This document shows, one piece after another, positions 13,091-24,924 of a stretch of DNA of 64,000 nt. The DNA comes from Lama guanicoe. Its lineage: Eukaryota. The position numbers and the translations under genes are program-made. The notes below the pieces were generated by a model. The model ran no database searches and had not been told where the DNA came from. It saw nothing but the letters and a program-made list of their open reading frames with translations. The stretch spans positions 11,025,798-11,089,797 of the forward strand of contig MU054662.1 in assembly GCA_013239625.1 (NCBI GenBank), given 5' to 3'. How positions within the stretch are numbered: position 1 is the stretch's first letter; each line of letters starts with the position of its first letter.

Positions 13091-13284
13091 GGACTAACAC
13101 GGGGGCCTTCCATCTCACCCTCTCCCCGGCCCACGCCTTCTCCACACGTCATCAATGTTAATAGTTTGGTGACTAACTACCTGGACTTCTTTTAAAAATG
13201 CAGTTGTAAATGCAGACACATGCACAGATTTTTTCAATGATAATGCAAATGGGTCTATACCTTAATTTCCTCTCGACGTGTTTT

Positions 13285-13772
13285 CTTTTTTCTTTTTAAT
13301 TGAAATACAATTACAGTGTGTCCATTTCTGGTGCACAGCACAGTGTCCTGGTCATGCATATACATACATATATTCATTTTCATATTTTTTCATTAAAATT
13401 TATTACAAGATACTGAACGTAGTTCCCTGTGCTATACAGAAGAAACTTTTTTTTGCATTTTATTTAATTTTAAACATTTTATTGAGTTATAGTCATTTTA
13501 CAATGTTGTGTCAAATTCCATTGTAGAGCACAATTTTTCAGTTATACATGAACATACATACATTCATTGTCACATTCTCTTTCGCTGTGAGCCACCACAA
13601 TAGCCTGTATATATTTCCCTGTGCTACACGGTACAATCTTGTTTATCTACAGAAGAAACTTTTTTTAAAAATCCATTTTTATATATATAGTGGCTAACAT
13701 TTGTAAATTTCAAACTCCCAAAATTATCCCTTCCCACCCCCCCTTCCCTGGTAACCATAAGATTATTTACTA
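13285..13772 (-). mobile_element. Lineage-type L1 3' UTR fragment carrying a nested younger L1 3' fragment (about 13454-13647)
   Basis: Host reads ttaattgaaatacaattacag...agttccctgtgctatacag...ctggtaaccataag. The insert is flanked by the TSD TACAGAAGAAACTTTTTTT at 13435 and 13648. Confidence 0.85.
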
Positions 13773-15099
13773 TCGACATATATTTTCGATATTCTCCCAT
13801 GTTAGTTTATATGTAGTTCACCTGTCAGTTTATTTTAAAAATATCTAAAAATATATAGACACTTTTTTAGCAGTCACAGTGTAGTCCCTACTGTGGATCG
13901 GAGGTACCACAATTTCTTTAGCCATTTTCTTGTTCGTAGATACTTGGGGTGTTTCCCCTGCGTCACCATCATCCACACTGCTGCCCTGAACACGCCCGCA
14001 CACAGACCTCGGTGCGGCAGGCAGACAGGACTCAAATAATGGAAGGGCCTGGTCAGTAATTTGATTGATGCTGCTTGGTTTGTGCTTCTAAAAGATCATA
14101 CTGTTTTATGCTCTCAGCAACAACACATGAGCACCCCTCCTCTGCATCCTGGCCCACACCAGGTGTTACCACCCTTCTGAGGTGTTTTTTAATGTCAGGC
14201 ACAAAAACAGTTAACTCTCTTACAGAAGAGAGAAAGCTGCAACTTTGGTGATTCAAAGCCTTACTGAGGGGGAGGCGACCGGCCACTTCCTATCCTGATG
14301 AGCTCCTAGGTGTCTAGATCGTAAGCCTGTTTAGTAAAGACAGACTCCTTCTGAAAGGAACGGCAGAACGAAGGGAGTACAGTGATCTGAGATGAGCAGC
14401 ATCTTATGCCCGTAAAAGCAGCTTTTAGAGACGTCTTTGAAGCAGCAGCATTTCGTCACGTGCGCAGATCAGAGACCCCTGTCCCAGGCGTCCTGACTTT
14501 CTTCCTTTAAAATATCCCTCCCAGATTCGTTTTTTCTTTGTTGAAAGAATCCACAGCACAAAGCCTCAAGTGTTAGCGTTGGCTGGAGAGTTAATGGAAG
14601 TCGAAGCCCTTGGTGATTTATTGTTTAACAAATCTGTGGTTTCTGCTGGGCCTCACTGGATGTGTGGTCAAAGAACAAGAGACGTTTTCTGCTTTAATAA
14701 CTGTGACTGGGGTCCACGGCAGAAGCATGGAAATGAGTAAGAAGAGAAATGCCAACACAGAGGAGAGAGAGAACACACGTCACCTGGGCGCTTCTGTGAT
14801 GGTGATGGGTTTAGCCCAGGACGAGGCTAGTGCTATTTGGCTCAGACGCTCACCATGCCCTGCAGTGAGCTGTCAGGGCTGGGCCGGGTCCCGGAGGGCG
14901 GGACTCGGTATCTTCTCTGTGCTCATCAGGCTTCAAGGTGGGCTTGGGGTGAAAGGTGCTTTTATGACATCAGCATATTGGGGTTTGAAACTTTCTTCAG
15001 AATTACCTCCTCTTACTCACTGTACTGAAGGACAAAACTGAGGCCCAGAGGGATACAATGATTTATAAAGGTAACAGTCATGGCATTTTAAGCCCCCTA

Positions 15100-15270
15100 C
15101 TGTACTACTGTAGAGCACAGGGAACTGTATTCACTATCTTGTAATGGCCTGTAATTAAAAAGACTATGAAAAGGAGTATGTTTATGTATAGCTGAAGCAC
15201 TGTGCTGTACACCAGAAATTAACACGGCACTGTAAACCAACTCTACTGCAATACAAACAAAAAAATAAAC
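15100..15270 (+). mobile_element. 5'-truncated L1 3' end (artiodactyl-type)
   Basis: tactgtagagcacagggaactgtattcactatcttgtaat...gctgtacaccagaaattaacac plus A-rich tail. Confidence 0.8.
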
Positions 15271-15579
15271 CTGATACTGTGGAACAGTGAAGGGGAAGAG
15301 CTTTTTCAGTTGAACTTTAGAAATGTAACAGATTCTTGCCTTGAAATTCCTAAAGCAGAAGAGGCACAGACCTAGTGCGGACCCCACCACCCCTGCCTGC
15401 CCCTGGCAGACATTGCTAATCAATTGCTGCTCACTCTCTGCAGCGGGGCTCGGAATCCTCCTGATCTTAGTGCTGGGGGCAGCAGGGTGTACTGGATCTG
15501 GGTCTTCATGTGAATTAAAATCTTCTGGGCCCCCTCTTCTAAATGATGCATCCATAGGATTCATGATGGGGTGACAGCC

Positions 15580-15740
15580 GTGGACTTCAAGCCAGAAGAA
15601 CTTGGTTTGACTCCAGAACCTGCTGTTGGGTCTGTGACATGATTGAGTCCCCGAGCCCTTCTGGGATTGTTTACTCGTCTCTGAAGTGAGGGAGTTGAAT
15701 TAAGTGATTCTTGCGCATCCTTCCAGCTATGAAAAATGCG
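15580..15740 (+). mobile_element. MIR fragment
   Basis: ctgtgacatgattgagtc...ctcgtctctgaagtgagggagttgaattaagtgatt...tccttccagct. Confidence 0.55.
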
Positions 15741-15981
15741 ATGATTCAAGGTACAGAGACTTCTCAGAAGAATTTAGTCACAACCACGTATTTTGATAAA
15801 GACCCGAGGTGGTTCGCAGGCACTTTGTCTATTACACATCTGTTTTGGATTTCTTAAGTATGTGTTTCTAGCTTTATCTGACTACTTCTTTCCATCTGCT
15901 CAGTCCTATTGACTGAAACCAGAATTTAGGGATTCGGAAGAGAGAGATGGGGAAAGATTCACTTAAAACCAGAGGAACTGC

Positions 15982-16158
15982 ACAGTGAAAAAAATTAAAT
16001 TAAATTAAATTAAATTAAATTAAAGATGTGACAGTGAATACATGTATGTTCATGTATAACTGAAAAATTGTGCTCTACACTGGAATTTGACACAACATTG
16101 TAAAATGACTATAACTCAATAAAAAAGTGTAGAAAAAAATTTTAAAAAACCAAAACAA
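15982..16158 (+). mobile_element. Young camelid-type L1 3' end with (TAAAT)n
   Basis: tgttcatgtataactgaaaaattgtgctctacactggaatttgacacaacattgtaaaatgactataactcaataaaaaa; near-TSD cagaggaactgc / cagaagaactgc. Confidence 0.82.
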
Positions 16159-16410
16159 CAGAAGAACTGCGGGACTCTCTTCTTGGCCGTGGGATTTTGA
16201 ATGTTCTCGCACCCCAAGCTGAGCAGATCTGCACATGTCTTGCCCACCTGGCCGTCATGGGTCTGGGGTTCCTTCTTCCCGTTCCTCTACGTACACCTTG
16301 TGAACAGGAGGCCCCGCCAGTCTGGCAGGTCTCAGCACGGGGCCTCTAGCACCCTGGCCTCCTTGCCCGCCTGCTCCCGGGTGACCTGCTCCCTGTTTGT
16401 TGTCTTCCAG

Positions 16411-16708
16411 GCCCTGCTTCCCTTCGGGCATACCCTCTGCTGTCAGTGATCACCCGGCAGCCCACAGTCATCTCCCACCTGGTCCCCGCCGCCCCCGGAA
16501 TCGCCCAGGCTCTGTCCCGCCACCCGGCCGCTGAGGCCGCCTCCGCGGAGGCCCCCGGCGAGAATGTGGGCAGCAGCGAGTCGGAGGCAGAGCAGCCCAC
16601 GCCCCGGCAGAAGAAGCCTCGCCGGAGCCGCACCATCTTCACCGAGCTGCAGCTCATGGGCCTGGAGAAGAAGTTCCAGAAGCAGAAGTACTTGTCCACC
16701 CCAGACAG
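16411..16708 (+). CDS. BARX2: BARX2 coding exon 2 (298 bp; N-terminal region to homeodomain helix 2)
   Basis: Acceptor tgtttgttgtcttccAG (16409-10) and donor CAG|GTgcgg (16709). Translates (G)[25 protein letters not shown]...[40 protein letters not shown], matching BARX2. Starts in phase 1 and ends in phase 2. Confidence 0.97.
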
Positions 16709-18959
16709 GTGCGGACGCGGGGAGGGGACTGTCCACAGGTGCGGTGGGGGCTCCTTTTGCTCTCGGAGTGGGACAGAGAGCCACGAGGAGGGTTTCAGGG
16801 GTTTAGAGATGCGAACACCCCTTGGCTCCGCCCTTGGCTCAGGTCATCTCAGCCTTGCCGCCCACCTGCGGGAATGCAGCACGCCTAGCCCCGGGGACAC
16901 GCCCGCTGCTGAATTTGTACTCCTGTGTCTCCATATTTTAAGTTAACGACAAGCGAGGTGAAGTTTAGCAAATGGTCAGCAGCCATTAAGAGCCAGAAGC
17001 AACGTGATTTACATTTGAGAATCCTCGCATTGGTGGCACCATAAATGACTGATCACAGAGGGGAGAGGTGGAGCAGGGAGTCCAGGTAGGAGAGAGTCCA
17101 GGCAGCGTCTCTGGAGACCGGAGTGAAGATGGTGACATGGGAGCAGAGAGGAGAGAGGAGATGGGAGAACAGTTTTGAAAACGGAATAGAGCTGACGTCG
17201 GCGTGAGGAAGAGACGAGAGTTGAGGATTCTGGTTCTTGGATGAGCCACCAGGTAAATGGGGACAAGCACTAACAGAGGCTGAGGATAGAGCAGGTTTGG
17301 TGGGGCAACAGTGCCTTCTGTTTGGAAGTGAGCCATCTGGGGTGCCTTCAGGCTCTCGGGTGCCCCCTCCGCCCCTCCTGTGGAGACAGGTCTGTGAACT
17401 GGGGACCAATTGATGAGCTCTTAGGAATCAGATGGCTCTTCTGAAGGCCCGGCCTGTACCGGAGAGCCCCACGTGCTGGGCGCCCAGGTGGAGTGGGCAC
17501 CCTGGTTCACGAGTCGCGTGGTGGCGGTGCGGAGAGGGCTTCGGCATGCTCAGGGGGCACTGCAGGCTCACTTTAGGAGTCGGAGACTTTCACAGAAACG
17601 TGCGTTCCAAGTAACCCCCCGTGGGGCTTCCGAATACCTGCCCGGGCACCTCTCAGGTGACCCACGCAGGCTTGATTCACTCGCCTGGGGAGGAGGACAC
17701 CATCTGGCTGGCATGGGCGCGCTCAGCTGCTCCTCACCCTGTACGTGACCGGGGCCATGAGCACTCCCTCCTCCCACAGCTCCTTCCCTCTTCCCTTCTG
17801 TTTGTTTCCCAGTCTCCTAGGTGACCCTGTTTAAGCGAATATGCAGGGAAGTGAGAATTTGTAACGGTGGCAGGTAATGAGAGAAAACTGATGACAGGGA
17901 GGCCTGTTTCTGTAGCCAGAGTGAGTCAGGGGCGCATTTTTCCCAAGTGAGCTCACCCTGTGTGCAGAGTTGTGCACCAAACCTTCCACTGACTAATGCA
18001 CCTGATGGCCTCAGGTGAACTGGGCGGGAGGGCACAGGAGAGCCTGCGGAGTGCCCGAGTCCAGGGAGGCCTGGGAGACCAGGAGTCCGTGGGATGCCCC
18101 CTCCCCGCCCCCATGCAGTGGGCGCCCCTGTTCGTGGGGAGAGTAAGCGGCCGTGCACTGGGGATTTATTAGCTTCAACCTGCTCATCACTTTCAGTAAA
18201 ACTGTCAGCTTCCAGTAGCCCTCTTGCTGGGACGACCACGTGTGTGTGAATGCAGATTTAAGCCAGGTTCCGAAGTTCCTTGAAGGAAAACTCGGTTTCT
18301 CTTATTGGAGACTTTAATTGGGCACTCCAGTCAAAGCGGGGTGGGGGTGGGGGGCTGGGCAGCTGCAGCTGGAGGGCGGAGAGTTACAGCACCTGGAACC
18401 TTCGCTGCCTGCACCGGCTGGCCTTCCTGGCCGTGACAGGTTGCTCGCTGCTCCTCGGATGGCCTGGGGGCCTCCAGAAGTGGTAGTCGCCGCTCAGGCT
18501 GCGTCAGGGGTGCTCATCCCAAGCTGCTGTGTGGCAGGTCCACGCTGCTGCAGGGCCCAGGGCTGGGACGCGAGGAGGCAGCTGGTGTGGGCTCCTTCCA
18601 GTGACGGGGGTGGGGGGGTCCGTGCAGCTGGCGCTCGGTAGACCTGGAGCGCTTACCCATGAACACAGGTCAGCACCTGGAGCAACAGCCCCGGGGCCTG
18701 AGGTGGGAAGCCTGGTTCCCCTCCCACTCCACGTGCTCCGCTCAGGCTGTCTGCTGCTCCCCGGGAGGTGGCATCCCCAAATTTTCTCCGCAAGAGCCTG
18801 AGCAAGGGCGTCCCTTCGATAGCTCCAACTTGTACAAAATACCGTGAGAGGCATGAGCCCCTGTGCGGGAGGAGGGGCTCGGGCAGACCTGAATCCCGCC
18901 TCTGCCTCTTCCTCTAGGACGACCTGCCAGTCTCCTGTGCAGGGCCAGAGGGTCACTGC

Positions 18960-19115
18960 GCAGGGTCTGGGGCCAAATGGCCTGTCACCGCCGCTCAACT
19001 CTGAGGCCGTAGCGTGAAAGCGGCCAGAGACAGTGTGGAAACGCGGGAGCGGGTCTGTGTGCCAGTAAAGCTTTATTTACAGAAGCAGGTAGTGGACAGG
19101 GTTTGGCCACGGTTG
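18960..19115 (+). mobile_element. MER58A-like hAT-Charlie MITE
   Basis: ctcaactctg...agcgtgaaagcggccagagaca...ccagtaaagctttatttacagaagcagg...tttggcc. Confidence 0.7.
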
Positions 19116-20047
19116 CCAGGAGATGGGAGCCTGAGCCCCAGACTCTCGTCTGTAAGACGGGAGTGATGGCACCTCCTTCACAGCCGGAAGGAATGGCTAA
19201 GAAAGGGACACGTGAGGGGGCGCGTGCCAGGGGCAGAGCACACAGCCCGGGATGCGGCGGGGCTCGGGAAACAGCGTTGCTGGACCGTGCTCCAGCTGCA
19301 CGCTTCCTGGGACGGCTCCGACACTCGGGGCTTGTTGGGAGGCTACGGAGAAACGCAGCACTGGGAAGCAGCAGGGGCTGCTACGATGCAGTGTTTCTTC
19401 CGGAATCTGGCATTATGGCAGGTGCGGGCAGCCACAGTGGCCGCATCACTCTGCCGGGAGGTATTTTGGGGCCCTTGTTCTGGATTTAGACTGAGCTAGG
19501 CGCTCTCGTGATTGCAGCAGAAGCAGAAGGCACCCCCCGCTCTGGCCGCTGAGCTGGGAGGCAGAAGTAACTGGGGTGAAGCAGAGACCTCGCTCCTGAG
19601 AACATGGAGCCGCTGACCCGCGTGGTGGAGGCAACCTGCATTGGGGGGTCGCCCACAGGAAGCAGGTGCTTGAGTCAGATCTAAGTGATGAGTGGGATCC
19701 TGATGAGGAAAATAAGGCTTTACCTTTCCTCCTCAGTTTGGATCTTGGGTCACAGTATGCATAGGATCAGAGTAAAGAGGCTGGGGGTCAGGAAGAGGAC
19801 TCGGCAGTGAAGGCTCAAATCCTTTTCAGGTCCAGTGTGGCCAGCCCTTGGGCGTGGGCACCTGCTTCTTAGCCTCCCAGAGTTTCATCCACAGGATTCT
19901 CGGAAGGAAAGCAGAGCTCCCCGGGGAGGAACGGGTTTAAAGGGGAGGCCCTCGCTCTGGAGCGGAGCCTGGGGCTCGTCAGCGGGACCCCGTCTCCACC
20001 GCCCTTCCCATCTGCCTCATCCTCCCTCTATGTCTCGTGCCTTCCAG

Positions 20048-20132
20048 GTTGGACTTGGCCCAGTCTCTGGGACTCACTCAACTGCAGGTGAAGACCTGGT
20101 ATCAGAACCGCAGGATGAAGTGGAAGAAAATG
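20048..20132 (+). CDS. BARX2: BARX2 coding exon 3 (85 bp; homeodomain helices 2-3)
   Basis: Acceptor gtgccttccAG and donor ATG|GTaaga. Translates (R)[28 protein letters not shown]; WYQN with Thr47 is diagnostic of the Bar class. Phase continues from exon 2. Confidence 0.98.
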
Positions 20133-20502
20133 GTAAGAAAGAGAGGAAGTCTTCCCAGGGGCCCAGTGTGACGGGAAGAATTCTTACAGCAGAGCTGGTG
20201 GGAAGGCAGGGAGGACCCTCTGGTGGTTTGAGCTCCAGAGACTGGAGGGCCTTTTAAGATGCTGAGAGAGAAGCTGTCTGAACAAAAGGATAAGCCATTC
20301 CTCCTGGCCAGAGGGATGTTCTTTTCCACAGTTCCATCAGAAATAAAAGAAAAAGAGCCCCCAGGCTCCTCAGTGGCTGGTTTTAACCCCACCTGCTCGC
20401 CCTTTCAAAGAACTTCCTTCCACTTCCCACACACAGCTAAGAATAGAAGTCAGTACTCTTTGTTTGTGGGACATACCGGGCACAGCTGTGTGTCCCCTAA
20501 TG

Positions 20503-20660
20503 CAGTGATTCTCAAACTAGGGGGCATCAGAGTAACCTGGGTAGCAGGTACAAAGGCAGAACTCCGGGCCTCTCCCAGGATTCTGGTTCCCTGTCACAGG
20601 ACAGGACGTGTTAACCAGCCCCCAGGTTCCTCTGACGCACGTGGTACAATGACGGGTTTC
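20503..20660. mobile_element. MER5-like hAT-Charlie MITE
   Basis: cagtgattctcaaact...gcatcagagtaacctggg...ccccaggttcctctgacgcac. Confidence 0.6.
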
Positions 20661-22339
20661 CCTAATACTGTTCACGTGCCTCGTTGATTAATTGTTCCAC
20701 ATTTGCTTTTTTAATGAACTTTTTAGAGTAAACGGCTCTAAAAAAATAAGCATCTCTAGGTTTTGAGGAACTCTAGTTCATAATGGTTTACCACCCCTCT
20801 TTTTTTGAAAAGTACAGTTAAATCCAAATTTTTCGAAGTAATTGAGTTTCACCTCCAGTTTTGTAAACCCCAGGGGATAAGGTCAAAGCCCAGAGGAAAA
20901 AGGAGGGTTGGGAGGAGGCTGGGAAGAAGCCTTGCTCTTATTCTTTGGAGACCAAGTGCACCGTGGGCTGGCACCCAGGCCTCTCCGCCTCCCCGCGGAG
21001 CCCCACAGGCCCGCCCTCCCCTCACGAGGACCGGGCGGTGCGGGCCTACCTGGGTGACTTCTGATCTGCTAAGCCATCTGGTCACAAGCCATGTTCCCCA
21101 GTGTCTCAAGGGCTGGAATATGGCTTTTTTTTTTTTTCACAATTACCAAAAAACTAAGGTCCCTCCACCACCTAGTTTTCAGGGAAAAAAAAGTATTTTT
21201 TGATAACAGATTTTGAGGCGTTTTCTCAATTTTGTGTTTTTGGCCAATAATTTTTCCTGAAAACTTTAGTTCTTGCTATATTGCCTCCTAGGAATGAGAA
21301 AAATAAACAGATTACAAATGCATAGTAATGGGGAGATTAGAAGAAAGCCATCAAGGCGGCAATGATTACATTCCCAGAAAAAAGTTCCTGGGCAAATCTG
21401 CTAATTCCCTCGGTGGAGGGGGCAGGTACCTGCCCCTGAGATGGAAGGGTTTTGGGAGAGAGGCGGCCTGGCCCGTGAACATGCTCCCGGTGAGGTGGCG
21501 GTGCCGGCACATGTACAGACACACAAACGGCGCACACATCAGCAGATACGTACTCAGTGTCTCTGAGAACCATGCATGGTCCTGGGCACCGTAGGAAGTA
21601 ACGGAACAACATATAACCCTGTCTCCATGGATCTGGTTGGAGAACCGAGGTCCAGGAGGCAGCTGGGGAGCACACTGTAGTTGAGCGCTGGTTCTCTGCT
21701 TATAGACGGAACCCTGTGAGAGCTCGGAGGAGAGGTATCAGGAAAGGCTGCAGGGAGAAGCTGAAGTGTAAATAAGATTCAGTTCAATGCATCGTCGCTC
21801 CCAAATGCCTAGAATGCTAAGACGCCCGTGGGCCTTTCGGGGGGCTGATGTCGAAAAGAACCAGCTTCGGGAGCTGGAAGCACTGGGCAGCGTTCCCAGG
21901 CCTGCCCCTCCCAGCTGGTTTTGGGCAAGTCTCTTCACCGCTTTCTGTGCATCTTTCACCACCCACCTCCTTCCTCGTCACTCATCGTCGTGGAAATCGA
22001 TGTCTCCCGAGCGGCAGAGGCATTGTTTAAATTGGTTATCAGCGATCTTTTCATGAGTCAGGTGATGAGCGAGCCGACAGCCTGCAGTCTCTGCCAGCAC
22101 CGCCCAGGGCCCCGGGGGGCACGTGCGCCTCTGCCGCTGACGCCACTTGTTTTCCACCAGCCTCGGCGCCGCGGGCGCAGCCGAGGGCCGGGACCCACGG
22201 CTCTCAGTGTCATGGGAGACAAAATGGAGGTAACGTTGCAGGCTTCACTCTGAGAGCGTTCCACCGGCCAGCCGCACGCGGGCCCCTTTGGGAAACAAGA
22301 GTCCGCCTCACCTTGTCTGGTGAGCACTCACTCTCACCA

Positions 22340-22745
22340 AGCAATGGCAATACAATAAGACACAAACCCATCTGTTAAAAAATAAAAATCAAAGTACTCA
22401 GTCCAGTGTGGAGACAGACCTGTGAACCAGTAATTCTACAGTGATCAGGGCAACTGTGGAAGGACTTATGAGGCTCTGGATCAGTGTAGAGAAGGGAGGG
22501 CTTCCCAGAAGAGGTGCCATGTAAATTGGGTTTAGCAGGTGAACAGACATGTGCCAGGTGAAGGTGGCAAGGGTGTCACAGGCAGGAGGAAGGTACAGAA
22601 GTATGTGGGGCTCTGGGAGGACCTCAGAATGGCTGCAGCGAAAATAAGAGCGAAGTGCCTCGGGTTGGGGTCCCATTCTGACCTCCCCAGAGCCGCACGG
22701 CCCTGTTGGGGTCCCGCTTGCTGCACGTTTTCCCTGGTAAAGCTC
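22340..22745 (-). mobile_element. L2 fragment
   Basis: cagtccagtgtggagacagac...gggcttcccagaagaggtg...ttagcaggtgaa. Confidence 0.55.
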
Positions 22746-24924
22746 CTTCAGGGCCATCTCTTTGGGGAAGTAGGGAGGAAAAGAAGACGATAATTGGGTA
22801 ATAAAGAGGTCTCCAGGCAAGTAACCTCACTGGAACTGGAAAAAGATTAGCACTTGAGTCGCGGAGCTATTCACCCGGCTGCCAGGGACAGCGCTGCAGA
22901 CCTAGAGAGCACCTCGGACTGGGCTTTTCCGGTCAGCACCTGTGACCCACAGCAGGCTGGGTAAATGGGACCGCATGCGTTCGATGGGACTTGAACCCTC
23001 CTTCAGTTTCTGCTTGCCTGGGGTTCCAGTAGGGTCCACAGGGCTTTGCAGTGGACCGAAGTTCCCCATCACTTGGGGTTACTTTTCAGCTCTGAAGTAC
23101 CAGGGTCCAGATGGACCACACCCTCCCCTCCCAGTCACAGAGCTGGGTGGGCCACTCACCTCGCACGCCGGCATCCTTTGCACAGAAAGTCTCCCGCTCG
23201 TCCCGCTTCTGTGAAACTGCTACCGGTTGCTCTGTGTCATCGTGGGCAGGTTACCTAACCTCTGGGTGCCTGTTTCCTTGTCAGTACGTGCCTAATGGAC
23301 ACCTGATTAGGGATGTGGATGCGGTAACTGAGCCAGTCCCTGCAGGACTCAGGGCCAAGAAAGGTTAGCTGTTACTCTTCTCATTATTATTTTATTTTAA
23401 CATTATTTACCTCTCCACAAAATTGATGTCTCCAGAAAAGTCTCAACTTCTGGAGGCCAGGAGAAAGAACCCAAAAATGAATTCTGCAGGTTTCAGGGAG
23501 GCGGGAGAAGGCCGCCCTGGGTGTCTCTGCTTCCTCGTTCCCCACCCGCCAGCCTCCCCGGGTCAGTACCTTAGCGTTTGGGCATGAGCTGAGTGGAACA
23601 TCCCCCTTCAGGTGGAAAATCTGCTCAACAGCGTGCTGGGGAGAGGCCCGTGCTAGGGACGGCGGGCTTCTCAGCTTCGTGGGAAGATTGTCATTGGCGT
23701 GGCTCTCACTTCCACGGAGCTGCACAGAGAGAGAAGAAGTGAGCAGAAAAAGCACTGAGTTAATGAGCCTGTGGTCTAGGCTCTGCTGGGAGGTCAGGTA
23801 ACTAGATAAATACCAGCGTCAGAGGTAACAGTGCAGGGTTTGTGTAACCCCTGCCCGTTCCGCACAATGAAACACCCACCGGTGAGAGTGTTAGATTCGA
23901 ATGGTCGGGGCGCTGTGCTCAGATCCCAGCTCTGCCTTGGCTGGCTCTTCCCCCGTCACCGACCACTTCTGCCTGCTGTTTCCTGCCCGAGAAACGGGGA
24001 GGTAGAAGGCTTGTCTGTCTGCTGACGTCCAGGCTCTCCAGTCAGGCTGCCTGTCCCCCACCCACCTGTGCACCCCGGGAAGGACGCAGAGGCCTGGCCC
24101 TGACTCCCCAGCTGCAGGACACTGGAGTTCCTAGTTCTGGAGCTCAGAGGAGGGCGGCCAGCAGGCCCGGCTGGTAAAACTAGGCGGTGTGCTTGGTGTT
24201 CTTTCCAAGAAGTACGTGACTTCACGGGTTGTCTGGCCTCTCTGGACCAAGGGGACTGCACTGGCTCTGGGGATAACTGGGGAGGAGGGGTGCCGGGAGA
24301 AGGGTCACAGGGTACAGCTCCCGGTGTGGGGTGATCGTGAGATAATTGCATGTCTCAGGTGTGCTGGCAGGCAGGGGGCCAGGGGCCGAGTGCGGAGAGC
24401 ATCCAAGAGGGTAGTTATCTCCTAATTGCTGCTTGTGCTGGAATGTTTTATTCCATTTAGAAAATGGTCTGATTGTTTTGATTTTTTTTCACGGGGTAGA
24501 AAAACAGCCAGGTGGGGTCTGTCCAAGCCGTGTGGGTGGTGTTCTCTAATTGCTGGGCTGGACTTTCTTTTGCCAATTAGATGGCCTCTTTAGACCTGCC
24601 CTTTTATAACCTGATTACTACATGGGGCAACTCGGTTTTGTATAACCTCTTTCATACCGAGCAGAGTTGCTTTCAACATGTCAGTTCCAACTTGGCACAT
24701 ATGGGTGCTTTCAACAGCCTGTGCTCAGACTGAAATCAAAATCAGATCCTGACTTAAATGAAAAGGAACATAGGGATGTCTTCTCCCCGGTGGTGGATTC
24801 TGTCAGCATCCATACCTTGTTAGAGGTCCCCTTCACATCTGTGTGTTGGCTGTTTGGGTTGAAAGTACAGTGGCTGAGCAGATTCCCAGCTAAAAGGAGG
24901 TGTTCATTGAGAACTTATGGTTTT

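Noticed and set aside
16709-16946. ORF-track extension of the 166-aa ORF beyond STPDR
   Set aside because: Read-through into intron 2; BARX2 similarity resumes only at exon 3.
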